From contig CALSPG010000005.1 of assembly GCA_943788175.1 (NCBI GenBank), forward strand, positions 160,001 through 224,000: a DNA stretch of 64,000 nucleotides. Reading direction: 5' to 3'. The position numbers and the translations under genes were made by a program. The notes under the pieces are model-generated. The model worked only from the letters and a program-made list of their open reading frames with translations. It ran no database searches and was not told the origin of the DNA. Below, in pieces: positions 28,246 through 38,396 of the stretch. Source of the DNA: an uncultured bacterium (GTDB lineage Bacteria; Fidelibacterota; Marinisomatia; Marinisomatales; UBA1611). Positions within the stretch are counted from its first letter, which is position 1. Each line of letters opens with the position of its first letter.

Positions 28246-31054
28246 TGGTACAATTTATGGTGCTACTTGGTCAGGAGATGGTGCGCCTGTTGAAGCTCCA
28301 GTTTCTGGTTGTACAGATATATATGCTGAAAATTATGATTCTGAGGCGAATATAGATGATGGCAATTGTACTGGATATCCTAATAATGGAGATTACTCTT
28401 TATACTTTGATAGAGATTTAGTAAACGTAGGTGAAATTGGAGACTACAGTTCACAGGTTACGGTAATGGGTTGGGTCAGAACTACAGATGATCAATCTTA
28501 TCATGCTATCATGTCAGGGGATTGTGGAAATATTATGCTTACAATGCATGGGGGTAAAATTCTTTTTGGTTCTCAATGCAGCTCGCCAATTCAGCATGAT
28601 ACATATGGTACCACCGATATAAACAATGGCGAGTGGTATCACGTTGCGGCAACTTATGATGAATATGGCGGAGAAAATAATCTTAAGGTTTATGTTAATG
28701 GTAATTTGGAAGGGCAGTCAACAAAATCTGGGCAATTCTCTGGAGCTACTGGAAACTTCGCAATTGGTAGTAGATCCGGTGGTGGTGAATACATAAATGG
28801 AAATCTGGACATGGTTCGTATCTGGAAGACTGCTTTGACTCAAGATCAAATTAAAGAAAATATGTTGTCAGTTAATGCATTAGTAGATGATGGTCTTCTT
28901 GCGGATTGGCAGGTTAGTGCCGGTGAGGGTAACATTTTATATGATCACTCTGGTAATGGTAATCATGGCTCAATAGACGGAGCAAGTTATTTTGGTGAAT
29001 TTCCTTCATTTGGCTGCATAGATCCTTATGCAGAAAATTATGATCCTGAAGCTGATGTAGATGATGGCGATTGTTCTGGATATCCTGATAATGGAGAATA
29101 TGCTCTTAGCTTTGGAGCAAGTCAAGATCATGTCGATCTAGGTGGTAATATGGATTCAGATGAGCAATTTTCAATTGCTACGTGGGTTTATATAGATGAA
29201 AACATTATTCCTCTTAATGGACAAAGGACATTTATAAATAAAGTTAACAGCTCAAACGGGGACAAGAGTATCTTCCTAGGTAGCTATCAGAGTAAGATTG
29301 GTTTTACCGTTCTTACAGGTGAACAATCAAATATTATGTATGGTAGTAACAACCAAAATGGTTCTCTGGGATTTACTGAAACTCCTCTGGTTCCAGGTTG
29401 GCAGCATATTGGTGCTGTATTTACTGGAGATAGTATGTTGGTATACATTAATGGTGAGCTTGATGCGAATGTCGTTGTATTTCAAAATCCTGGTTCAGTA
29501 AATGATTATGATAATTCTGTTTGGCATATGGCTGATGTATTAGGTGGTTCTGGTAATGTAGGTGGAAAGATTAGTTCAATGAGTCTTTGGAGTATATCTC
29601 TTCAGCAAACTGATATTCAAAATTTAATGTCTGAGTCTCCTGATCCACTTTCTGCTGGGTTAATGGGTATGTGGAAGTTTTCTGAAGGAGAAGGGAGTTT
29701 GTTACATGATCATTCTGGGAATGGGAATCACGGTACAATTACGGGTGCAACATGGAGCGATGATGTTCCATATGTAGGTCCTGAATGGTTTGTAAGTATC
29801 AGTGGTGATGATTTAAATATTGGTTCTCAAGATGAGCCTTTCGCAACTATCCAGCATGGAATAAATGCAGCGCATAATGGTCATATCGTTCTTGTCTCAC
29901 CTGGTACATATACTGAAAACATAAATTATAATGGTAGAAATATTCTGGTTATTTCAGAAATGGGGCCGAGTGAAACAATTATTGATGGAGGTCAAAATGG
30001 ATCTGTTGTTACTTTCAATAGTGGTGAAACAGATGCAGCAACATTAGACGGTTTTACTATTACAAATGGACTCACAGAAAATGGTAATGGAGGCGGAATT
30101 TTTATTGATAATTCAAGTCCAAATATTTTCAATGTAATTGTTGAAAATAATCATGCAAATAGTGGCGGGGGTATTGATCTCAAAGGGGAAACTCAAACGG
30201 TTATTTCAAATAGTATCGTACGCAATAATTCCGCAGAGTGGGGAGCAGGAATTTATTGCCACTCAAATAGTCCAACGATTGAAAATGTAGTGGTTAGTAG
30301 TAATCATGCTACTGTGAATGCTGGAGGTGTTTATGCTCGCGAATATGCTTCCCCTACTATAATAAATTGTACAATCGTTAATAATTCAACGGATGGACAA
30401 GGTGGGGGAATTTTAACGTGGTTTAATTCTACCGTTGATGTGAAAAATTCTATTATCAGAGATAATTATCCTAATGAGTTAGGACATGTCTCTGGTGGTT
30501 CAGTTACACTAAATTATTCAAATATAAGCGGAAACCATGAAGGCTTTTCAGGGTCAAATAATATTAATGCTGATCCTATGTTTTGTAACCAAAGTAATAA
30601 TGATTTTCGAATTACTCAGAATTCACCATGTTTTGGTGCTGGTGAGTCAGGAATAGATATTGGCGCTATTTTCGACGGTGATTACTGTCAAGAACCATTT
30701 GTTAATCATTCTCTCAGCTTTGATGGGGTGGATGACAATGTTGAACTTGCGAATAGACCAATTACTGGAAGTGTAGATGCCTTTACAATTCTTACCTCTT
30801 TTAAAACAAATAGGTTGAATTCCGATCAACAAATTATTTATGAGCAGTGTGGTAATTATAAAGATTATTCATTATCACTAAATAGTAATTATCACGATTC
30901 TGAAAACCCTAACTCTGATTACACATTAGGATTTTATTTAGCCGTATCTCAAGGAGGGCAGGGGCATGCATACGCTCCTTGGAATCAATTAGTGAGAATA
31001 CTTGGCATAAAGCAGCGATTGTATGGGATGGAGCATATGTTCATATTTATGTAG
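28235..31054 (+). CDS. Giant protein 3 fragment: 2 LamG, GCTD motifs and DUF1565/beta-helix
   Basis: LamG motifs, 'PFATIQHGI...PGTYTENINY' and GGGI beta-helix repeats. Confidence 0.8.
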   Translation: MENNGTIYGATWSGDGAPVEAPVSGCTDIYAENYDSEANIDDGNCTGYPNNGDYSLYFDRDLVNVGEIGDYSSQVTVMGWVRTTDDQSYHAIMSGDCGNIMLTMHGGKILFGSQCSSPIQHDTYGTTDINNGEWYHVAATYDEYGGENNLKVYVNGNLEGQSTKSGQFSGATGNFAIGSRSGGGEYINGNLDMVRIWKTALTQDQIKENMLSVNALVDDGLLADWQVSAGEGNILYDHSGNGNHGSIDGASYFGEFPSFGCIDPYAENYDPEADVDDGDCSGYPDNGEYALSFGASQDHVDLGGNMDSDEQFSIATWVYIDENIIPLNGQRTFINKVNSSNGDKSIFLGSYQSKIGFTVLTGEQSNIMYGSNNQNGSLGFTETPLVPGWQHIGAVFTGDSMLVYINGELDANVVVFQNPGSVNDYDNSVWHMADVLGGSGNVGGKISSMSLWSISLQQTDIQNLMSESPDPLSAGLMGMWKFSEGEGSLLHDHSGNGNHGTITGATWSDDVPYVGPEWFVSISGDDLNIGSQDEPFATIQHGINAAHNGHIVLVSPGTYTENINYNGRNILVISEMGPSETIIDGGQNGSVVTFNSGETDAATLDGFTITNGLTENGNGGGIFIDNSSPNIFNVIVENNHANSGGGIDLKGETQTVISNSIVRNNSAEWGAGIYCHSNSPTIENVVVSSNHATVNAGGVYAREYASPTIINCTIVNNSTDGQGGGILTWFNSTVDVKNSIIRDNYPNELGHVSGGSVTLNYSNISGNHEGFSGSNNINADPMFCNQSNNDFRITQNSPCFGAGESGIDIGAIFDGDYCQEPFVNHSLSFDGVDDNVELANRPITGSVDAFTILTSFKTNRLNSDQQIIYEQCGNYKDYSLSLNSNYHDSENPNSDYTLGFYLAVSQGGQGHAYAPWNQLVRILGIKQRLYGMEHMFIFM

Positions 31055-33327
31055 ATAGTGTTTTAGTCTCCACGATAAACTATAACATCGGAGGAAGTTT
31101 TGATATGGATGCTGCTCCTGAGGATGGTCATATAGGATTAGGATGTGTTGATAATCTACCTTTTGATGGTAATTTAGATGAAATTTCATTTTGGGATAGA
31201 GCTTTAACAAATGAAGAATTACTACTTTATATGTCCGAACCACCATCAGGGAATGAAGAAAACTTATCTTCTTACTATAATTTTGATGAAGGCGAGGGAA
31301 CTACCTTAACCGATTTAAGTGGTAATGGAAACAATGGAATTATTAATGGAGCTTTGTGGGATAATTATGGCGCACCAATTGGTCCGACAGGCGGCGAAAA
31401 CAATGAGCCAAATATAAATGGAAGACTTTCTGGAATCATTTCAGCATCGTCTGATAACGCTTTATTAGAAGGTGCTCATATTATAGCTATTTCAGAAGAC
31501 AATAGTTTTAGTGCTGAAGTATATAGTGATACAAATGGTACATATAGTTTAGATCTTGTCGGCTCTTTAAATTATTTTGTTAATATTTCTTATGAAGGGT
31601 TAGTAGATCACAACGAATATCTTTATGTCGCTCCTTTCGAAGAGACGAATCTCAATGCTTCCTTAAATGTACTTGAAGACGCTATTGTCGAAGGTACGGT
31701 TACAGACTGGTATACGAACACACCGTTAGCAAGTGCATCGGTACTCCTTGCTTACACAGATGAAGAAATGGAAACAATTGAATCTATGACAGATGAGAAT
31801 GGTTATTTCATGGTTCAAGTACCAGGTGAAAAAGATTATGATTTATTTGTGTATGCGGATGGATACTGGGTAGAGCATGATGCCTTTTTTCTAAGTTCTG
31901 GTTCGCAGGAAGAAATAAATGTTGGTATTGCTGAGATGTCTTCTGCCTCCAGGTTGTACGGAACAATTAAGGATATTGAAACGAATGAGTTAATTCCGTA
32001 TGCAGAAATTCAACTTAACTGTGATCAAGCAAGCGATTGGGATCACACAGGCGCACTTGGTACCTATCGTTTATTTAATTATTACTCTGGTGATTGTGAT
32101 GATGGGGTATTGATTGTAAGTGCTAATGGTTATGAAACAAGTGTTCAATCTGCTAGTGATATAGCGTTTGAAGTAGGGTCTTCCCATGAAATGGATATTA
32201 CTTTAATGCAAGGTGATGATCCTGATCCTGGTATGATTTCCGGGACAGTATTTTCAAATATTGATCAAAGTACAATAGGCTCCGCTACTATCAACGCTTA
32301 CAATGTTAACACTACACAGTTGTTTTCAATTGAAACATCAGAAGAGGGTTCTTATCAATTATTTTTACCTGAATCAGAATACTATATATCTATTACTGCT
32401 AATAATCATGAAGAACATTTTGACACATTATCAGTTGTTTCTGGGCAATCATTTACTCGCGATTTTTATTTAGACGAAGTCTATCTCAATACAGTTTCTG
32501 GAATTGTTGCTGGCCCGAGCGGAAATGGTCTGTTTGATATAGAAGTATTTGTATCTCCGGAAGGGGAAAGATATACGATTGCAAGCACCTTCACAAATGA
32601 ATCTGGTGAATATACGTTACAAGTTCCAAACGGTCGTTATGATTTTGGAGCTGGTAATACAAACTATTATATGACTTTTGAATATAGTGTTGAGCTTTCT
32701 GGTAGCGATCAAAACATTGATTTTACCCTTACTCCAGTTGCTCAATTTGATGGGGGATTCGCAGGTTTAGTCCATTTAAATGAAGGAGATAACTCAACGG
32801 TTTGGTTAAATATTTGGAATTCAGATTTAACTTATCAAGCGTACATATCTTCCGATGAAAATGGAGCGTACACGCTTGCATTAATAAATGGGACATATAG
32901 TTTATATGCTTGGGTACCTGGTTCAAATTATCAATCTGTCTATGTGCCGAATGCATTTACGATTGAAGATAATGTCATTAATTATGATATTTATTTTGTA
33001 GCGCCAGACGCTCCGGAACCGCCTACGGTTGTATTTTTAGAAGACGTTCCAAATGATCAAGGTGGGCAATTAGAATTAGCTTGGACGCCTGGTGATCCTC
33101 GCGAGTATGAAATCTTTCCTCAATATAGTATTTGGAGAATGGACGAAGAATGGAACTTGATTTCAACGGTTCCATATAGAGGTTCTGATGTGTATAGTAT
33201 GGTTGTTCCAACCTTAGGTGATTCAACTCAAGAAGGTATTTTTGAAAGTACATTTATGGTGACAGCGCACACGATTAATCAAAATATCTTTTTTGATTCA
33301 GACTCCAGTCACAAGTTACTCTATTGA
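30979..33327 (+). CDS. Giant protein 3 fragment: end of LamG, carboxypeptidase-regulatory-like repeats and DVPNDQG domain
   Basis: Colinear and similar to the 21790-23740 region of protein 2. Confidence 0.8.
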   Translation: MESISENTWHKAAIVWDGAYVHIYVDSVLVSTINYNIGGSFDMDAAPEDGHIGLGCVDNLPFDGNLDEISFWDRALTNEELLLYMSEPPSGNEENLSSYYNFDEGEGTTLTDLSGNGNNGIINGALWDNYGAPIGPTGGENNEPNINGRLSGIISASSDNALLEGAHIIAISEDNSFSAEVYSDTNGTYSLDLVGSLNYFVNISYEGLVDHNEYLYVAPFEETNLNASLNVLEDAIVEGTVTDWYTNTPLASASVLLAYTDEEMETIESMTDENGYFMVQVPGEKDYDLFVYADGYWVEHDAFFLSSGSQEEINVGIAEMSSASRLYGTIKDIETNELIPYAEIQLNCDQASDWDHTGALGTYRLFNYYSGDCDDGVLIVSANGYETSVQSASDIAFEVGSSHEMDITLMQGDDPDPGMISGTVFSNIDQSTIGSATINAYNVNTTQLFSIETSEEGSYQLFLPESEYYISITANNHEEHFDTLSVVSGQSFTRDFYLDEVYLNTVSGIVAGPSGNGLFDIEVFVSPEGERYTIASTFTNESGEYTLQVPNGRYDFGAGNTNYYMTFEYSVELSGSDQNIDFTLTPVAQFDGGFAGLVHLNEGDNSTVWLNIWNSDLTYQAYISSDENGAYTLALINGTYSLYAWVPGSNYQSVYVPNAFTIEDNVINYDIYFVAPDAPEPPTVVFLEDVPNDQGGQLELAWTPGDPREYEIFPQYSIWRMDEEWNLISTVPYRGSDVYSMVVPTLGDSTQEGIFESTFMVTAHTINQNIFFDSDSSHKLLY

Positions 33328-33904
33328 TAATATTTTTCCAGGAATACCTCAGCAGCTTGTTGCAAGTTTCTCTGGAGAAGTTGTTGATCTCGATTGGGTT
33401 CATTCTGAAGCAGAAGATTTAAGTCACTACAACTTATATAGACAAAATGTTATCGCAGGTGGATCTGCTACTATTATTTCAACGGAAACCAATTTCTACT
33501 CAGATAATGTTAATCAATCTGGTGAATTTGAATATTGGGTGACAGCTGTTGATGTAAGTGGAAATGAAAGCGATCCATCTAATGCTGCTATGGTGACGCT
33601 TGGAGTTGAAGAAGAAATGATACCGATGGAATTTGCACTACTTCAAAATTATCCAAACCCTTTTAACCCAAGCACTCAGATCATGTACACACTTCCTAAA
33701 ACTAGTGCTGTAGAAATTGTGATCTATGACATGCTAGGTTCTAAGGTTCGTACGTTATTTAGTGGTTCGCAAGATGCTGGATATAAAAACGTATTATGGA
33801 ATGCTACTAATGAAAAAGGTGATCCTGTTTCAGCTGGTATGTATATCTATACAATTGAAGCAAGCGGCTTTTTTGCTTCAAAGAAAATGATTTTATTAAA
33901 ATAG
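33293..33904 (+). CDS. Giant protein 3 fragment: FN3 and T9SS/FlgD-type CTD
   Basis: 'EYWVTAVDVSGNES' and 'NYPNPFNPST...KKMILLK'. Confidence 0.8.
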   Translation: MIQTPVTSYSIDNIFPGIPQQLVASFSGEVVDLDWVHSEAEDLSHYNLYRQNVIAGGSATIISTETNFYSDNVNQSGEFEYWVTAVDVSGNESDPSNAAMVTLGVEEEMIPMEFALLQNYPNPFNPSTQIMYTLPKTSAVEIVIYDMLGSKVRTLFSGSQDAGYKNVLWNATNEKGDPVSAGMYIYTIEASGFFASKKMILLK

Positions 33905-33974
33905 AATCAAATCATCATTTATTAAATCATAATATCTTCTTATTTTCATTTCTCTTTTTGAATAAGATTTTCCT

Positions 33975-36881
33975 ATGATTAATTATAAAAAATATAATTT
34001 ATTTTTATTAGCAGCTGCGCTTTTATCTTCATGCTCAATTGAGCCTGATCTGGACAAATTACCTATTATTCAACCTGAATTAGGATTTTCCGTTTATCAA
34101 GAATCGATTACGCTAAATGATGTTGATATCTTAACAGGTGATTCAAGCATCACAAAAGAGTCATATGGTTTAAGCGATTCAATATTTGTGTTTAATAAAA
34201 CAGTAAATATTGAAAAGCAAGAAGTTGGGGACAAGCTTTCTATTGAAGATATCAATAAACAGTTTTCTCAGAATGTTGACAATGTGACAATTGAAGATTC
34301 AGAAGTGGAAGAAAAAATTGGATTTGATCCCGTTGGTATTGATGCTGTTGAAAATAAAGTAGTTTCAGAGGTAGGGTTAATTACGCTAGATAACATCGAA
34401 CCTCAATCAACAGAACCCTATTTATTTTCATCTATCTATCCAAGCGTTTCAGACATTCCAAATGGGAACACGGTTACTATCCCCTCTTTTGACTTAGAGC
34501 CTGTTACAAATAGTTTTAGTTTCAATGACTTCTCTGAAGCCGCATTTAATTCAGGCTCTCTTTCTATTACAATTATAAATAATCTTGTTATCCCTCTTGG
34601 TGATGTGGACGTTAAATTAAAAAAGTCAGACGGATCAGATATAACAGGCGGAACAACAACTATTCAAGGACCAATTAATAGTAGTTCGCAGCAGTCAGCT
34701 CTTTTAGATTTATCTGGACTTACACTTCCGGGTAATATCATTGTTGAGGTCACAGGAAGTAGTCCAGGTGAAGCCAATGTATTGATTAATGAGGCCGCAA
34801 AAATTTCTTCATTTTCTGTAGAGATATCTGGAAGCGGATTAGAGGTTACTTCAGCGAATGCAAAAATACCTGCTCAAACCATTTCAGAATCCAGTTCAAT
34901 AAGTTTAGCAGCAGATTCAAACAAGGTTGTGCTGGCAACAATTAGTGGTGGAAAATTATCAATAGATATTGATAATTATATGAGCGTTGCTAGTAATATG
35001 ATTTTATCTATACCGTCTTTAAAAGCTGCAAATGGTAATAATTTTCAGACGAATATCAATATATCTGCAAACTCAGAAAATATTTTAAATGAAACTGATA
35101 TTTCTGGCTACACGCTTTCAATGGCGATTGATAATCAGTCCGTTATTTATTCATATGACGTTACAACAAATGATTCGGGCGATGATTTTGTTGAGATTAA
35201 ATCCATAGATAGTATAATAGTTAATATTGTTTTAGAAGGTTCAGTTGAAGGCCAGCAGTTATTATTTTCAAACTTTGAAGGAATGGTAACGCCTCAAGAT
35301 CTTGGTTTTGAGGGAGAAATAAATATTGAAAGTGATTCTGATATTCTTGAGGCAAACTTAAATAGTGGAAGCCTCATTCTGGATGTCGCTAATAGTATTA
35401 ACACTAGTTCTGAAGGTGCGCCAACAGCAGTGATTACTATAAATGAAATTATAAATGTCTCAAGCAATGAACCTTTAGTTATAAACACAGGTGCAATGTT
35501 TGGAGTTTTAGACCCGATAGAAGTTGATTTAAATGGATATAAAATTGTTATGCCTCGAGATAGCCAATCTCTTAACTATACCGCTGATGTCCAGACGGTG
35601 TATGAGGTAGGGACTTACAGCTTATTAGATTCTATGGATATTGATATTACTGTTACAGGTTTAGGGTTCTCGACGGTTCGAGGGTTTTTTGCGCAAGATG
35701 CAATGTCAGATTCAAACTCGATATCGTTAGATGATTCAACGATCGTTCACAATGCACTTTTAAAATCAGGCGAGCTTTCGCTGTCAATTAATAATAGTAT
35801 TGGGGTCGTTGCTGATGTGTTTTTTCAAATTACTGAATTTTATAAGAACTCTATTTCGCTAGACACTACTTTTACAATTAACTCAGGAATATCTGAGGTC
35901 CAGATAGATTTAAGTGGTTATAATTTAGTTTTACCCTCAGACGTTGATACTCAAAAAGTAAACTATGTCTCAAATATTTCATTGCCTTCAGATCAAGAAA
36001 TGACTTTGTCTTTGAGTGACTCTATTTCTATCTCTGTAAATATGACTGATATGGCTTTCCAATCTGTTACTGGTCAAATTAATCCAGTTTTCATTGATAT
36101 TGATCCTGTTGAACAAACCATTGATGCTCTTCCAGAAGAACTTGATGGGTTTGATTTTAATGATGTTGAGATGTTTCTTGATTTTAATTCTAGTATTGAT
36201 CTTCCTGTTTACTTAAATCTAAGTATCACTGCGTATAATGATACAAACGGTGATTCAATAACTAGAATGGTTAACCAAAATATCCATGCAAATCCTAACA
36301 TTGAAATCTCAAATGCATCTGAACTTATTAATATTAGACCTGACCGCATCGTAGCAAGAGGTTCAGCGAAGGTTGGAGACTTAGACTCTGTTGGTACAGT
36401 CGCAAGTGATGATTCTCTTTCTGGCGTTATGTCTGTTAGAGCCCCATTAATGTTCTTGGTAGATGATGGTGCATTGATAAGTCCAGACCCGGTTGAATTT
36501 GTTGAACAAGGAGATAGTCTAGGTATTCCTGATGGAATTATTGATGCAGCGCTTGTTATGACAATCAATAATCAATGGGAATTTGGTGCAAGCGTATCCG
36601 TCCTTTTAGGTCCTGATTCACTAGCTATCGAAAATGGAGAAGTTGATACGTTATTATCTGGGTTTACCTTTTCTCCTGATGCGAGTATTGTTGATACTAT
36701 ATATTTAGATGAAGACGCATTTCAGTTATTGAAACGATCTCCTAGTTGGATACAGCCACAAATCAGTGTCATTTCAAATGAAGGTACACCCGTAAAATTT
36801 TTGAGTACAGACACACTTAAAATAACAATTGATGGTGTATCATCTTCAATTGATTTATCTACATTGGCGGACGAAGAATAA
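33975..36881 (+). CDS. Large acidic beta-rich lipoprotein with about 6 internal repeats
   Basis: Lipobox LSSC and a recurring 'A..NSG.L.I.I.N.I' unit. Confidence 0.8.
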   Translation: MINYKKYNLFLLAAALLSSCSIEPDLDKLPIIQPELGFSVYQESITLNDVDILTGDSSITKESYGLSDSIFVFNKTVNIEKQEVGDKLSIEDINKQFSQNVDNVTIEDSEVEEKIGFDPVGIDAVENKVVSEVGLITLDNIEPQSTEPYLFSSIYPSVSDIPNGNTVTIPSFDLEPVTNSFSFNDFSEAAFNSGSLSITIINNLVIPLGDVDVKLKKSDGSDITGGTTTIQGPINSSSQQSALLDLSGLTLPGNIIVEVTGSSPGEANVLINEAAKISSFSVEISGSGLEVTSANAKIPAQTISESSSISLAADSNKVVLATISGGKLSIDIDNYMSVASNMILSIPSLKAANGNNFQTNINISANSENILNETDISGYTLSMAIDNQSVIYSYDVTTNDSGDDFVEIKSIDSIIVNIVLEGSVEGQQLLFSNFEGMVTPQDLGFEGEINIESDSDILEANLNSGSLILDVANSINTSSEGAPTAVITINEIINVSSNEPLVINTGAMFGVLDPIEVDLNGYKIVMPRDSQSLNYTADVQTVYEVGTYSLLDSMDIDITVTGLGFSTVRGFFAQDAMSDSNSISLDDSTIVHNALLKSGELSLSINNSIGVVADVFFQITEFYKNSISLDTTFTINSGISEVQIDLSGYNLVLPSDVDTQKVNYVSNISLPSDQEMTLSLSDSISISVNMTDMAFQSVTGQINPVFIDIDPVEQTIDALPEELDGFDFNDVEMFLDFNSSIDLPVYLNLSITAYNDTNGDSITRMVNQNIHANPNIEISNASELINIRPDRIVARGSAKVGDLDSVGTVASDDSLSGVMSVRAPLMFLVDDGALISPDPVEFVEQGDSLGIPDGIIDAALVMTINNQWEFGASVSVLLGPDSLAIENGEVDTLLSGFTFSPDASIVDTIYLDEDAFQLLKRSPSWIQPQISVISNEGTPVKFLSTDTLKITIDGVSSSIDLSTLADEE

Positions 36882-36882
36882 A

Positions 36883-38392
36883 ATGAAAAATTTAATTAAA
36901 TTTTCTTTAGTATTGTCTTTCATCTTTTGTCAAACTAGTCCAGTAGATATAGCGACCTCAGGTGCTAATAAATTAAGAATGCATGGGCAATTGAATGTTT
37001 TTCATAACCCTGCTACTTTAGGGTATAAAGCAGCTCAATTAGATAGTGAAGCCACAGTTAATAATCTGCCATTAGAAGAATCGGGTGAGTTAGTTAATGC
37101 ATTTCAAGATATAAACACCACGGATAGTGATAGCCTAGATAATGAGTTTTCAGAATTTGAAAGTGCTGATGAAGGTGGTCCTGATTCCCTTTCAATAAAA
37201 ATAGAAGATATCATTGCATCCGCGGACTCATTGCTAGCGGATTCATTAGATCTCTGAATCTAATTTTAGTATGAGTCTTTTTAACGTGTCCTTTGGTTTG
37301 GGGAGTGGTTCAATTACACCGAATTGGATTAGTAATCAATTATTTGGTGGAAAAGATTTAAGGAATGCACAAGAAAGAAAAGACTTTTTAAAAGGTATCT
37401 CTAATGATATTAATATTCAAGTTCCTGTTTTCTCTAGTCTCCCATTAATAAATTTTAGTTTTGGATCAAATGTGGTAAGCCTTGGACAAGTAGTTAGCTA
37501 TACTTCTGTAAACATTCCAAGCGGGCTTGCTCAAGTTCCATTTATAGGATTAGAAAAAGGAAAAGAATTAAATATTAGCTCTTTAGAAATGGAGCACATT
37601 ACTTACTTGCCGATATCTTATTCAAAAGGGTTTATACTTAAACCAGGTATTATTCCATTTGGGCAGAAAAGTTATGCTGGCTTAAGATCTAACCTGCTTA
37701 TTGGCCTTGCGGAAGTACATACAGCAAGCGTTAATGGAAAAATCCAAGGAACCGATGCCAATACTCTAATTGATGCTGATATAGAATTAGGTGCATCGCT
37801 TCCAGTTTCCATAGATGATTCTATTCCAAAAGGTTCTTTTCCAATTGGGATTGGTTTTGATCTAGGTATTATAACAGAAATTGATGAGAAACTAACTATT
37901 GGTGCTAGCATCGATAATATTTTTGCTTCATTTAAGTGGAGTGGTGCAACCGTATATACAGCTAGTGTATTAGGAGAGCTTACACCGGAAGATATAGCGG
38001 AAGCAGATTCTATAACAAATCTTTTAAATCAATCTGAAGTAAAAGAGAGTTCTAGCTATAAAACAAGTTTACCAACTTCTATAAATATTAGCGGTACCTA
38101 TAAAGCGGTAGAATGGGTGACCTTAGATGCAAATATTCGAATTGATTTTGGGAAAAGTTATTGGGCCAGCAGTACGCCACTCATATCTTTAGGATCAGAA
38201 TTTTATCCTAACTCTAAATCTCCAATCTATTTCGGATTATCATTCGGAGGCGAAAATAGTTTTGGATGGGGGACTGGAATGAGCCTTAAAATGGGCTCAG
38301 TAATTTTCGATATCAGTGGAGGTCAGTTAGGTGGAATATTTAATAACGCGACCGGCATGCAACTTGGATTTGGATTAAGGATACAAAAATAA
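36883..38392 (+). CDS. Outer-membrane beta-barrel (FadL/PorV/DUF5723-like), frameshifted near 37250 (ORFs 36883-37257 and 37271-38392)
   Basis: Signal peptide, N-terminal 'IATSGA...FHNPATLG', 'IGFDLG', 'IGASIDNI', 'LPTSINISG' and a terminal beta-strand 'MQLGFGLRIQK'. Confidence 0.65.
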
Positions 38393-38396
38393 TTAT

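Larger units (their letters stand above)
24767..33904 (+). other. Giant secreted modular protein 3 (about 3050 aa), one gene broken by frameshifts: 8 LamG modules, GCTD motifs, beta-helix, carboxypeptidase-regulatory-like, FN3, CTD
   Basis: One signal peptide and one CTD. Breaks at ~26177, 26200-26855, ~28240, ~30979 and ~33302 all fall inside continuing motifs. Confidence 0.8.

Noticed and set aside
37255-37257. TGA read-through or alternative genetic code
   Set aside because: The downstream ORF is in a different frame, and TGA serves as a normal stop elsewhere (ATGA overlaps).
12855-37260. Single frameshifts (12860, 28240, 30979, 33302, 37250) as programmed frameshifting or phase variation
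   Set aside because: They lie in runs of only 2-4 nt with no slippery heptamer or long SSR. Sequencing or consensus indels are more parsimonious; reads are needed to settle it.
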